A DNA stretch of 63,363 bases from Priapulus caudatus (lineage: Eukaryota). Both the position numbers and the translations under genes were made by a program. Numbering within the stretch: position 1 is the first letter of the stretch; every line of letters starts with the position of its first letter. The notes beneath the pieces are model-generated. The model had not been told where the DNA came from. It worked only from the letters and a program-made list of their open reading frames with translations, and did not search any database. Positions 48,961 to 61,849 of this stretch are shown in pieces. The DNA lies in NCBI RefSeq assembly GCF_000485595.1, contig NW_014577073.1, forward strand, positions 388,427-451,789, read 5' to 3'.

Positions 48961-50123
48961 GACGACGACGGCTGCAACGCCAGACTAGTTATTTTTTTTC
49001 TTGTTTTGTATTGTCCAAGAAACGAAAGGAAGAAAAGATCGATAAATGTAAAATAAAATAAAATAAAATAAAATAAAACAAAATAAAGAACTGTGTGCTT
49101 AGTTAAGTTAGTTAGTTAGTTAAGAGGGTGATGGGTGCACTGAAAAAAAAATCAAATATAAAATAACAGAACGAAAAACTCAAAGAAAAATAATAATAAA
49201 AATTAATATAAAATACGTATTAAAAGTACAGGGTACATTTCGGCTTAACAACGTTGTTCGCCGCATAGCTGCGGCTTCCAACTTTTTCCTAAGGGGGGGG
49301 GGATAATGTAATACCGTCGAAAGATGGATAAGTAAATATCTAGGAGTAATCTATTGTTCTGGGGTGGCATATATGGCCAGCTGTGTGAGGTCGCAACGCG
49401 GGAATAGACAGGACCGGGACAGGGTAGAAGTAGCCACTTATAGACAAGCCTGCAGTACGGACTGACGAGAGACAATAGGTAGGCGTGTCTACCTATGTCA
49501 GTATATAACCGCGTGTGCGACCAGAGAACGACACAGAGCGATAGTGTAATAGAAATACAGGCATATAACATCTTGGTTAGAGACAGCGACTGACAGCTTA
49601 TACCTCGTTAGTTATGTGAGGTTACTCGCGTAACTACACTGTACGCATTCGCCACGTTATGGGCGGATGCTAGTTTAAGTAGTTTCAATTAAAGAGATTC
49701 ATGAATACGTCATACTGTGCGTTATCTATCATTCTTACATTCGTTCACATAGACGTTAGCAAGGGTGTATTAAACGCGCTCACCCACTTGCAACTCGGGA
49801 GAATAACGCTCCGATTNNNNNNNNNNNNNNNNNNNNNNNNNNNNNNNNNNNNNNNNNNNNNNNNNNNNNNNNNNNNNNNNNNNNNNNNNNNNNNNNNNNN
49901 NNNNNNNNNNNNNNNNNNNNNNNNNNNNNNNNNNNNNNNNNNNNNNNNNNNNNNNNNNNNNNNNNNNNNNNNNNNNNNNNNNNNNNNNNNNNNNNNNNNN
50001 NNNNNNNNNNNNNNNNNNNNNNNNNNNNNNNNNNNNNNNNNNNNNNNNNNNNNNNNNNNNNNNNNNNNNNNNNNNNNNNNNNNNNNNNNNNNNNNNNNNN
50101 NNNNNNNNNNNNNNNNNNNNNNN

Positions 50124-50206
<83 letters not shown>

Positions 50207-50780
50207 CACAGGTAAGATGATATAAGGGCTGCGAATAGGCATTACATTTCCACTTGAAAGCCACTGATTTACAGAAAGAATTACACCTATTGTCGTTAAT
50301 ATTGAACAAAGGGAAGATCTTTACACCCAAACATAACCACCTGTCAACAAACGCAGGGTTAGGTATGAGTTAGAGTTATAATAATACCACAGTAACAAAC
50401 ATATGCAACATATACAAAACTACAGTAATAATATCTCAAAATCTTAAGCCCCGTAGCACTTCATACGTACAGATAAATGTTTCAAGCACTTACTCATATG
50501 TATTCGTAATAGTATGTGCACGTGGACATCATGATTCACTCATACGTCATCAATAGCATGAATACGATCACTATCATTGTGGAGCGACGGACACAAGTAC
50601 ACATCGATTCATTCTCTACCTATTAGGTACAAAATTATAGCGATATGTCAACATTTAATTTTTGCTGCCCAGGTTTTGTGAAATTTGGTTTTTATCACGA
50701 CAGCACTGGAGACAGCCAATTGATAGATAGGTAGCTTCGCGGTAAACAATTAAACTTTCCTCGATAACATATTTACTACA

Positions 50781-50887
50781 GTACTAAATAACATACAGGT
50801 AGTTGTATACCGTACTAAATAACATACACGTAGTTGTATACCGTACTAAATAACATACACGTAGTTGTATACCGTACTAAATAACAT
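50781..50887. repeat. ~31-bp minisatellite GTACTAAATAACATACACGTAGTTGTATACC, ~3.5 copies
   Basis: Directly visible; the duplicate at 39739-39815 has one unit fewer. Confidence 0.8.
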
Positions 50888-50889
50888 GC

Positions 50890-52290
50890 ATAACATAAAA
50901 TAAAGGCAAGAGTCGATGAAGGATAAAAGGACAAGCATTCGGTGTAAAGAAGATCTCTCTTTCCAAACACTTGCAGCGTTCTACCTGACATTGAAATGAG
51001 CTGTTAAATCACGGTCAGTGCAATGAGGAGCGGATAGGTACATGCGTCGATGTCGTGGGATGGAAAAACAAACAACAAAAGAAGGTGATCTGTACGGAAT
51101 CTCCAAGTCGGGGTCCGGTTGCCTATTGTCAAAGTGCGGAAAGGGTTAAAAGGCACAGTGAACCCCAGCCTAACCTGGGCAGATAATGCAACAGCACAGA
51201 AAATGTATGCAAAGACACATAGAGCAGCGAAGACTAGCACTAAAACTAATCAGCAGAGATTCGTTGACAGTTTTGTCATAAAGATACAGCAGCAGCAGCA
51301 GCGGCGGCGGCGGCGGCGGTGACGGCAGCAGCAAGGAGAACCACAAAACAGTTGCGGCATAGTTCCAAGATATGCAGTGAAATGCCAACAGCAAGATGAC
51401 TCAATTAAAATCTCGATTCTAACAGAAGCAAATAAACGTGAACACCTTCACTGACATATTGCTTCAGCTATATAATCAAATATGGCAAGTGGAAACATTT
51501 TTGATGTTCCTCGGGCAATGAGAATGGAATACCAGAGAGTACCAAAATAATCCACAGATCACCTACAATTGTTCAACACTAAGGGTACTACACGCCATTA
51601 TATTCTTATATTATCAGAGTTCTATCCAGCGCCAGACATTTGTGTCTTTTTTGTCACCATGCCCTCCTTAGTGGCTATTGACTGCACCATGAGGAAGACC
51701 TTTGAAAACAACAGGAACGCCATTCGCTGGTCTGTAGAGACACAGCTGGGAGACCTCGTCCATACTGACCACCTAGCTAGCCTGTCCCACGGGCACCAAC
51801 AGATACGAGAAGAAAACGGCAGACCGCGAAACCACGTCATTACAACTAGGACTCAGTATTTAAAAAAGAAATGGTCGTAAGCTTCAACAGCAAGTCAAAA
51901 CACTCAGCCATCCCTACGGCTCAACCACATCGAGGTCAATAAAAGCAACAATAGAAGCATTCTAATTCTTTTCCGGCGAGTGCCCGAGACGTATTCTTCA
52001 GATAAGTTATGATAAGACTAACACTGCAATGAGCAACACTGCGCTTTGAAAATACACAGTCGCGGTAGAGATTAGGAGGAGCAATCTTTAACCTTCGGTA
52101 GTGAGTCTATAGATAACCACCGTCAACATACTAACAGTTCTATATTGGAACACGCAAAGGGAAAATAAAGAAGAGGCGCCGAAGATAACGTAACACTAAT
52201 ACACGGGAGATGAAGACGAGTGAAAAGATCCACTGTCCCAACAGGGTGCGATGGAAAAGTTGGACGGCCTATATATACTTATGAGCTAAA
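50890..52290 (+). mobile_element. Degraded RTE-clade non-LTR retrotransposon (RT and C-terminus)
   Basis: LVAIDCTMRKTFENNRNAIRWSVETQLGDLVHTDHLASLSHGHQQIRE resembles RTE L.DLDFADDLALLS..QQMQEK; downstream RRILQI, WNTQG..RG.PK and NRVRW remnants. Confidence 0.7.
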
Positions 52291-53540
52291 ACTTATTAGC
52301 TAATACTAAAAAACTTTTAAAAACTTTAAACTTTAAACTAAAACTAATACTAGAAATCATTCTAAGAAGGACGCTAATGTGTTTTGCGCAGTTTGCGTCC
52401 TCGAAAGAATATAGCATTGTTCCTGCGTAACAACAGCCTGGTGTTTGTAACGTAACTATTACACGCAATGTGCTACCATAACTAGAACTATCATGATGCA
52501 TAACTTACGATACATACTGCAGTTACTTTGAATATAGAAATGTTTACTTTACAGTTCACACGACTACTTCAATTGCCATCTAACTAAATTTGCTGTGAAC
52601 AACTTTTTTCAGCATGTCAGCACTGTCATGTCAATTAAGGTGTTCCGAGAATGCATTTGGCAACGATGGAAACTAATAATACACATAAAATAACATCGTT
52701 GTCTCTGCGTTGTACCACTACTGCAGTAGTTCGTGGAAGTATCAAACATGGATAAAGGATGAGCAATTAATTACCCTAATTTAATTCCCCTTTCCATTTT
52801 GCAAAACAACGTTCCAAAACACAATTGCATCAAAGGAAGACCGTGCACACACGTACCAAGACAAAGCATTTTTCCAAGACGTTTCCAGGTTATTTTGATT
52901 ACTTTAGAGGCCCATCTTCTATGACCTCACGGTTTAAGCAAAATACAATCTTTATACCTCCTATCTTCCAATCAACATTTCGTGAACAAACCTTTGCCTC
53001 AAGCAAGTTTTATTGCACCTCAGACAGTAAGCAGTTCTGTCTTCAGTATTATCATTATTATCAGTATTATCAGTTGGTATTATCATTCGTAAAATGCATA
53101 CACATAGACACGTACGTACTCAATATCCACAACTTTTCCCCGCTGTCGCGCGAAATTCCTGACGTGTGCGAAATACAAGATATAGGACTAGCGGTATACC
53201 CGGCGTTGCCCAGAGAAATCAGTGGTGTTACTCAGTTGGTGACCGCTTGGTTGAAAGGAAAATACCCAAAACTATCTATCTATCCATGCATCCATCCATG
53301 CATCCATCCCATTCCATGCCATCCCATCCCATCCCATCGCACCGCATCCCATCCCATCCCATGTCATCGCATCTCATGCCATCCAATGCCATGCCATGCC
53401 ATGCCATGCCATGCCATGCCATCCCATCCCATGCCATCGCACTGCCTCCCATCCCATCCCATGCCATCCCAATCCCATCGCATGTCATCCCATGCCATGC
53501 CATGCCATCCCATCCCATCCCAAACAGTANNNNNNNNNNT

Positions 53541-53799
53541 AGGAAATCAGGGGGCTGAAAATAGGGCAAATTTTTTATTAAAAGTCTTCAGCCAGGAGGA
53601 ATGTGGTGTAGAGCAGAAGCACAGTTTCTACAATTTCAGTCGTCTGTTAAACCTCAACCGATACGTCCAAGAATGTGGGATTATGAGAGTTGCAGGCAAA
53701 TTGAAGTTTGCGCAGCTACACTTCGAACAACGTCACCCCGTTGTGCTGTGTGCAACGTCACATATATGTACACTGTTGGTTACACACTACCACGAATAG
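53541..53799 (+). mobile_element. BEL/Pao LTR retrotransposon pol fragment
   Basis: SRLLNLNRYVQECGIMRVAGKLKFAQLHFEQRHPVVL..SHICTLLVTHYHE matches the Pao pre-integrase motif G.LRV.GRL....L....HP.IL. Confidence 0.7.
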
Positions 53800-53999
53800 C
53801 TGCAACATGTTCAGTAAAAATGTTATGTTCATGTGTATTGTATTGTGATATGCAGTAGAAATGTTAAAGTCAATGACCAGCTTGCTTTATTAAAGAGTGG
53901 AGTTATGATTGCTGTTCTCATTGGATTACGAGCAAAAGCAAACATGAAAAATGCATGAACAGGTGTTACCAGTTCCAAGGAACATGCGCGGCACGCCTA

Positions 54000-54631
54000 A
54001 GGCCAAGACACACTGCAGCGACAGCGACCGACCGTAACGACAAACGACAAAGTCGCGGCGACTGGCGCAGCCACACTGCAGCGACAACGACCGACCGTAA
54101 CGACAAAGTTCACCCAGCACTCACGACAGTGGCACTCATGAGCAAACGGCAAAAAACTCCTGCTGCTGCTTTTAAATAAATTGCTGTAAAAACGCTCTAT
54201 GTATAACGAGAATATAATAAAGTAATATATACGGAGCATATTATACGAACGTAAACAATAATCATGTCTGATGGCTGACCGTAGCCTTGCACGTTTTGGT
54301 TAAATGGGTTCGCGGCCCCACTGTTTCTGACAGGTGGTGCGAGTTTAGCGCTGGGGACCAGTCTACTTCCTGGCTAGCATTGGTTTATAATTTTATGACG
54401 TAATGGCGATGTCACGTGCCAATGGAATCTGCTGTGATTGGCCATTTGTAAAGTGTCGCCGGCGAAAGTCGCTGGGAAATAGAAACGTTTCTAAATATTT
54501 TTGTCGTCGAGGTTGTCGCCGGTCGTCGTCGCGTCAGTGTGCAATAGCTCATAGGAAACAATAGTTTCTAATTTTCTAAAAAGTAGTTTGTCGTTACGGT
54601 CGGTCGTTGTCGCTGCAGTGTGGCTTGGCCT
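54000..54631. mobile_element. PIF/Harbinger-like MITE
   Basis: ~48-bp TIRs AGGCCAAGACACACTGCAGCGACAGCGACCGACCGTAACGACAAAC / GTTTGTCGTTACGGTCGGTCGTTGTCGCTGCAGTGTGGCTTGGCCT; TWA-like flanks. Confidence 0.75.
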
Positions 54632-54875
54632 TTAGGGAGTAGGCGTAGGCGACTCCCTAGACTCGATCGTTAGTGGAGTAGGCGTCTAGGCGAGGTACGG
54701 TCCGGCATATTAGAATTTAGATAGTACCAGCAGAGCATATAAATCACGTTGATTTATATGCTCTGTAACCAAGGTACGTTCCGGTACACCGGACCGTACC
54801 CAGGGTACGTTCCGGCAGTACCCTGGGGGACATAGACCCTCTCAGCACTAGTTAGTGTTATGAATATGATCTTAC

Positions 54876-55010
54876 CAAAGCATCTTTCCCAACTGTCAGA
54901 ATCGATGTATATGCTTCAAGATATACTTTGTCTACTCGTTTTACGATTTGCAAGCCTTTTACTGTAATATCTTCAGCATCCCCGAGACCTAACCCTATGA
55001 AATATAGCAT
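54876..55010 (-). CDS. DPH5: DPH5 first coding exon (45 codons)
   Basis: ATG at 55010; [45 protein letters not shown]; donor GTAAG at 54875. Confidence 0.95.
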
Positions 55011-56042
55011 TACGACGCAAATAAGGAATTCGTAGCGATCAGTGAATCACTAAGAATTAGCACATGGGCGCAGACATATTTAATTTGGGACTCACTAAAC
55101 TCCGAAATGTGCCGAAAACTTGAAATGCGTAGCAACGCATGAAATGCGAGCAAACCCCATACTAGTAACCTCATAAAGAATAGTCTTCAAAGGTCCAAGA
55201 GACTATAACGAAGTCGAAGAGAAGGGTATACCTCATGGATTCACACGTACGTGATGTTAATCTGTACGCACCGCCATCTATTGATGAATAGAATTTTTAT
55301 GAATTTTTAACTTTTGTAACTTTTTTAAATTTTTGCTTCAGCCAGAACCACCTCCCAGACGTGCTGATTCTGAAAATATCTTTAGTTTTCCTCTAGGCTG
55401 CGGAGTTCTCTAGTTATGCGAGTACAGACTAATTCGGCTGAACAACTTTATATATATAGATTTTCCTCTAGGCTGCGGAGTTCTCTAGTTATGCGAGTAC
55501 AGACTAATTCGGCTGAACAACTTTATATATATAGATACGTATGTGCATGCATGCCGACCCGACCAATCACAGCTCGTCTTTGTGTTACGATAAGTTGTGT
55601 ACACTTGGACGAACACAAACTGTCAATTGAAGGTTTGTATAAAATTTGTAATGTTTATATTAGTTCGAGTTTAGAGTTGATAAGTAGAGATTGTAGTTGA
55701 TATTCTCATTGATTGCTTAAGTGTGTCAATTCAGATCTGCATGCGCATACGCATCCTATATCATTTATTTCACAGGACAGAAATTTCGCACACAAAGACG
55801 AGCTGTGATTGGTCGGGTCAGGACACATGCGCATACACATCCTATATCATGTATTTCCCAAGTCAGGAATTTTGCGCGACACCAGGAACCAAGCATCATA
55901 AAACCCTATTTCACAGGACCAAACCGGCCTGGAAAATGCCATTTAAAAAAATCCACGACCTTTCGGGTGTTCCAGGAACTGACCGAACCCCAAATCGTCC
56001 CGACAACGCCCCACACCCCGCGGTCATGAACTCGTGCACGCA

Positions 56043-59000
56043 TCACTGTGCGTCTTGCAGCCACGGCCGATCCTGGAAGCGCTCGTGAAGCAGCTGATCA
56101 AACGTCGCCACGTCGATCGCAAACGTGCGTAGCATCTCCAGCTCCATTGGATGCAGGTAACCCGCGACGACCAGCGAGTGCAGCGGCAGCCCCATGTCAA
56201 CTTGTGCCATCTGGTGGAGAGTGCCGGCGAGCAGCTTCTCGGTGTCGCTGCCGATGCGGGCCAGGCCGACGCAGATCGTGTTCTCGTCAAAGGCTGCGCA
56301 ACAGTACACGTGCTAATCACAGGCTGGCATACCTAACAACGCTCTTTAGTGATTTCTTGTTCATCTTAAGGGCTAGAGGGGAGGAGGCAATCACGCCTAA
56401 AATGTCGTATATCAGCTCGAACCTCCAAGGCAAAGTACTAGAGGCCATTGTCAGAAGGATCGTAACATTAATCCTGTGTAAAAGTCCCATATGTAAACAT
56501 CCATATGCCACATGTAAAGTTCCTACCATTTTGGATTTAAATGCAGAGAACAATTCCGGCTGATTCTAGGGTGTTTAATGATGACCATAAACAAAATTTA
56601 TCAAGATGATTGGACCACAGTTTGCATTGCTTGTGCTCCTCTACCCTGATTTGAATGAATGGTGTACCAGATGGTAGGGGCCTCCTAGGTGACCATATCC
56701 TATGGATCTAAATCTGAGATATTCAAACCTTCAAAGTTATTATTCACTATCTAATGGACAGTCTAAAAGTAGGCACGAAACCATTATGCAATTTAAAGAA
56801 CATGCTTCTTTCACATGGGTACATACAGTTATATCATTAGCCCAGAAAAAGAGCAAGAAATTTACATTTTGCATGATTTTAGTCAAATTTGTCCTATCAG
56901 GTCATGCCATGTCCATCACTATACCATTTCAAGGGTGACTTTAAAATATGCTGTTTTATTAGAAAAAGAACACTCTTACCTAAATTAGATGGCCCTTCAT
57001 CTCGTTTCTTTTCAACAACCTGCAGCAACTGTGTGGCCGCCTCCTTCACATTCATGTAGCGGGGTGGCTCATAAATCTTTTTCCCTCTGACGACGACAGA
57101 ACAAAAAGGTTAAAAGGTAACACGAAAATAAAAATAAACAGCTGCACATATTAAGTAGTACAAAATGACAAAGTGAAGAAACCCGGCCAACAAGTGTCTC
57201 AGAGCGAGCTGCCTCTTGTTCACGTCAATCGGGCGGAAACGACCGCCAATTAACCATGTCAATGAATAAACCCATCTCTGATGTTGAAGCTATAACTACA
57301 TAATAATAAAAGGTATCGATACAAAGTAATGTGAGAGGGCAAGTTGGATGTATAACGTTAGTTCTGAGGTCATTTTTATTGGGTTTCACGCAATAAATCG
57401 TAGGTATGATAGGACATGGAAATGTTGAATTCCTTGTGTTTCGAGTGAGTCATACTCCTCTCTATATTATATACACTCCTGATTACATCACGTTAGTATG
57501 AGATAAGATTGTTGGAACATGCATGGAATTTTACGGGCCAGAACAATAAGAAATTTATCCGCAAATATTCACTTAGACAGAAGCTTACTTCATCAGGTTT
57601 TCCAAAGACTGCTCCTTAACTTTGATATCTGGAAAAAATGTTTGAAAGGCACAGTTATCATTTGCAGTTTTCACTGGCTTGAATCGGTAGGCCTACTGTC
57701 ACCCCATACCATGACAAGCATTTCCTAGTCTGCCATGCGCATCTCCATCTGTACCATTTCTTTGAGAGTTATGTGTTATGTTATATGAGGCTCATGGACA
57801 TCAACCAGTCAACCTTACCAAATAAATTTAAATTTAAAATGGCACTGCTATTACACAAGCTAGTGTTGCTAGTAGAACATTAGCAAACGTAAAATTGATA
57901 TTCATTCGTAGCTATTATAAATGTTCATGTGATATATTTAAGTATAATATGATTAAGTATTTAAGCATATAAAAAGAACTAATAGTATATTGTTGCTGTC
58001 CCGTACTGTGGCCTAATTCCCTTAACTCAATGTTTTCCATTTAACACTGTATTCATTATTTGTGATTTCACTAATCATGGCATTTTCAAGGAAATAATTT
58101 TCCAGGAATTGCTCCAGGGATAAGCAATAAATTACTGTATGGAATCATTTGATTCTGTACAACTTACCTAACAAACAAAGAGTGTGAAACCCATTGTTTC
58201 TATTTACTGTAATCTTGTCACAGTAACTGTCTGGTTTCCATGTATCAGTCCAAAATACGATGGAGACTGTCTCCCCAAAGTTATATAGCTGAAATAAGGA
58301 GGAAAGCATACAATGGCTAGCATAAAATATGCAACAGAAGGGTGCAAGAATGGTTGGCAGTTGTTTGTATGCATGCAGTACCATTGTGTTATCCTATATC
58401 CTTAACCATTACTGGTTAGTCAATAATTCATTTGATTGATATTTGTTATAGTCATCATGATATGTTACGACAAACAAGAATCGATTAAAAGTAGCATGAG
58501 CCATACTGAATTTGAAATGTGTAGTTTTTTTATGTGCTTAATTATCATACAATAATATAAACTACCTGTAGCCCACAACAGCCAACTGCATTCAAGATGG
58601 AGGCATTGTGAATGACTTTGTATGACACTCCTTCTTGCAATGCACGTAGTATGAGGTCAGAATGCGTAGTTGCCCTGAATCAAGACATGATGAACAAGGA
58701 ATATAACATAGTGAACACACAGTGTATATGGGCGGCACATGTCTCGCACACAGCATTGGTTTACTATGAAGATTAATATTTCCATATTATCAATAATTAA
58801 TAAGAAAATATAATTAGAAACAATTATGCAGTAATTCAGACAAAAATAAATCAGTAATTATGGGAAATTAATGTAATTTGTATCCTATTGGAGCCATTTG
58901 CACACATTTTAGAAACAGAGAGAAGATCGAAGAAACATGCAGCTCTAGGTTTTGCACAATATTGTTACCTACGATAACACCTCACCCAAAAGGATCACCC

Positions 59001-59366
59001 ACAACAAGAAAGGCTATGTCTGTAGTCTTTGCATCTTCAAGCATGCCATCTATCAATGAAAGCAGTTTGTTAACATTTATCTACACATTACACTTACAGA
59101 TCCAAAAGATATTCTGATCAAATGATTTAGATTAGAAATAATTTCCTAAAATAAAAGTAAACTGCAGTGTAGTATATAAAGCGAAGGAGCATAGATTTGG
59201 GCTTGGTCAGTTGGAGAAAACTGTGGAAATAATGGTGAATGTTTGGCAAATTTTACTGGGGTTCATTGCAAGCGACAGATGTTTTAATTGACTATGTATA
59301 CATACCGACTTGCTGTTCCACAAACTCCCTATCTGCAATGGTGATGGTTCTTCCATAAAACTCTTC
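56043..59366 (-). CDS. DPH5: Diphthine methyl ester synthase DPH5, copy B, exons 2-8 (59366-59306, 59049-58986, 58674-58566, 58288-58168, 57628-57589, 57086-56980, 56293-56043)
   Basis: All GT-AG, phases consistent: [104 protein letters not shown]; with the 135-nt exon 1 this totals 888 nt (295 aa). Confidence 0.95.
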
Positions 59367-59506
59367 CTGGAAAAATATCATGAATGATTAGGCCACATTC
59401 AAATAATTAAATGCATGCCATTCAAATGCTCCTCTGCAACACACAAGTACACTGCATGCACAAACAATAAAAATATATAGCAGGTAGCGTACACTAATCG
59501 GTTTAT

Positions 59507-61069
59507 TCCCGGTTGGCCTACTCCCATTTCGCCTACGGCAAAATTCCCATTTCGCCTACAGCAAGATTTCCAGTTGGCCTACACCTATTTCGCCTACTCC
59601 CAATTCGTCTACGCTCAAAATCTACCCCATTCCCATTTCGCCTACGATCGGTTTGTTCACTAAATAATCATTTATAAATAATAAAATATGGTTTTTATTG
59701 GCATACATAGACTACAGGAACCAGAAGACAAGTGCCGCGGAGCGACAGCGCTCATCTAACGTCTACTGCGGTGACTCTGTGGTGGAGTGGTGGGATTCTG
59801 GTAAACCCTGTTAGTCCCAAATGTGTTCACATACACGCCGAAACAGTGGAAGGCATCTAGGATTGTATCTAGGGAACCTTTAATTCTCAAGAAAGAATGT
59901 TCGTTTCGGGATCGTATGAAAGTTGCCACGAGGATGGCGGTACGTTTAAGGGTCTTCAGATTAAAGCATGGAAGCTCCCATCGTACGTAGTAGTACAACT
60001 ATTTGCAAGACCAGAAGTAGTAAGCACACATCCATTTCACTACGCAAGCTACAGGGCTGAATAGGAGAGCGTGCACCTGTAACCGTATAATTAACGCAGG
60101 CAAAAACCACACAGTCACCCCCCACCCGACACCATCGCCACTGGCAACTGGCAGAATGGCACTGGCAGTGGCCCAGTACCCGTTAACATGTAACATACTG
60201 ACAGTACAGAAATGCCATACGAACATTCTCACGACTCTTCTAAGGAGCATAACCTTCTTCAACCAAATTTATCTTTTGAAAATTTCAATCTGTGACATTG
60301 TAGCCTCGATACATCCAGGCATGGTATAGATTCACTAGCAAACCGCGCAGTGCAAACTTCTTTCTAACAGTTAAAGAAATCCCATGTATTAACCCGCCTC
60401 TGAGCGGTCAGAAATGTTATCTGGACACTTACTCTTCGCACTGTCAGAGAAATTACATTCTTCATTGTCGCTTTCTAATTAAAGCCATAAAATGCTTAGG
60501 TCACGTTGAAACAGAAAAAGTTTTTGAATCGCTTCCATCAAGACCATGTCCTCAGAAAATGTCTAAAATCTGCCCTTGTCCCCATTGACCTTTGACCCTG
60601 TGACCTCCTAATTCGGCACAGTGATGGCTTTTCCTACCATGATGCTATACATTCTGCATTTCCTCCCTATACCTTAAGTTAAGGAGGGAATGTTCCCCCT
60701 TCTTTTACACCTCTTGACCTTTGACCTTTGACCCCCAGCTTCGACATCCCAACTCGTTTTGACGATCCCCCCCCGACGTCCCGAATATCGTGACCGTACG
60801 TCAAGCGGTTAAGATTTGTGCCCAACTGTTGACGCACGGCCGGACGCACGCTCATGCGATTCTACAAGCTGCATCTGACTATGTCAGATGAGCTAAAAAC
60901 ATAGATACAAATAATGAGAACAAAACTTGACAAAAATAGAAAATACAGTAGCATATAGGAGTAGGCGAAATGGGAATATTGCCGATTCTAAGAGTAGACG
61001 AAATGGGAGTAGTCGAAATGGGACGTAGGCGAAATGGGTGTAGGCGAAATGAGCATAGGCCAACTGGGA
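59507..61069. mobile_element. ~1.55-kb TIR element with CCCATTTCGCCTAC subterminal repeats
   Basis: TCCCGGTTGGCCTA ... TAGGCCAACTGGGA; repeat arrays inverted at the two ends; left end also at ~47122. Confidence 0.55.
60536..60899 (+). mobile_element. Helentron-associated (HINE/DINE-like) non-autonomous element, putative
   Basis: TGACCTTTGACC repeats, GACG-rich tract, 3' hairpin CATCTGAC-TAT-GTCAGATG followed by an A-run. Confidence 0.45.
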
Positions 61070-61089
61070 TGTTACCCACTAATGCTGAG

Positions 61090-61849
61090 AGGGTCTATGT
61101 CCCCCAGGGTACTGCCGGAACGTACCCTGGGTACGGTCCAGTATACCAAAACGTACCCTGGTACTATCTAATATGCGGGACCGTACCTCGCCTACTCCAC
61201 TAACGAGTCTAGGGAGTCGCCTACGCCTACTCACTAACCCTAACTCAGGGGTCAAAATTAGATTTTTATTAGGGTATCCATTCGGGATACCAGGTATTGA
61301 AAACTGGTATCCCCCTCAAAGATCTGGTATCCCATTTTTTGGATAGTAATTTCAACAATGTTGGTATCCAAAATCTTTAAATATGCAATAATAGCATTTG
61401 AAAATTATTAATATGTAATGTAATTATTATATAAAAACATGAAAACAGATTCACAGATATGCACAGACAAGTACACTGCAGACGTATTGTCTAGACGCAT
61501 TGTCTGGTTAGCTTGATACAATGTATACACATCACATTTATGATCAGATCGCGCGCACTCACCTTACGTGCACTCGCTCAGATGTGCTGCCGTATAAAGT
61601 TGATAACTCAACAACCACTATCCCGATTTTGATGATTTTTTTTTTACTATCCTGGCGGGATACCAAGCATTGAAATCTGGTATCCAACACAAGAATCAAC
61701 TATCCCGCGGATATCGGGATACCGCTAATTTCGACCCCTGCGGGTCTAACTCTAACCATATCAAATAGTTACGTATACCAGGGTACGTTCCGGTATACCG
61801 GACCGAACCCAGGTTACGTTCCGGCAGTACCCTGGGGGACATAGACCCT
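61090..61849. mobile_element. MITE (AGGGTCTATGTCCCCCAGG TIR) with nested hAT-like MITE 61246-61740; block repeated at 62437-63155
   Basis: Outer TIRs AGGGTCTATGTCCCCCAGGGTACTGCCGGAACGTA and reverse complement; inner CAGGGGTCAAAATTAG / CTAATTTCGACCCCTG; partial relative at 54634-54840. Confidence 0.75.

Larger units (their letters stand above)
48002..49816 (+). mobile_element. Element B, cleaner copy: partial 5' LTR, ORF4 homologue, PPT 49291-49306, 3' LTR from 49307 to the gap
   Basis: AAGGGGGGGGGGATAA|TGTAATACCG; LTR nearly identical to 20563-21090. Confidence 0.85.

Noticed and set aside
52825..53799. 324-aa ORF as a gene
   Set aside because: Chance read-through of AT-rich DNA, a pentamer satellite and an N gap into a BEL/Pao fragment
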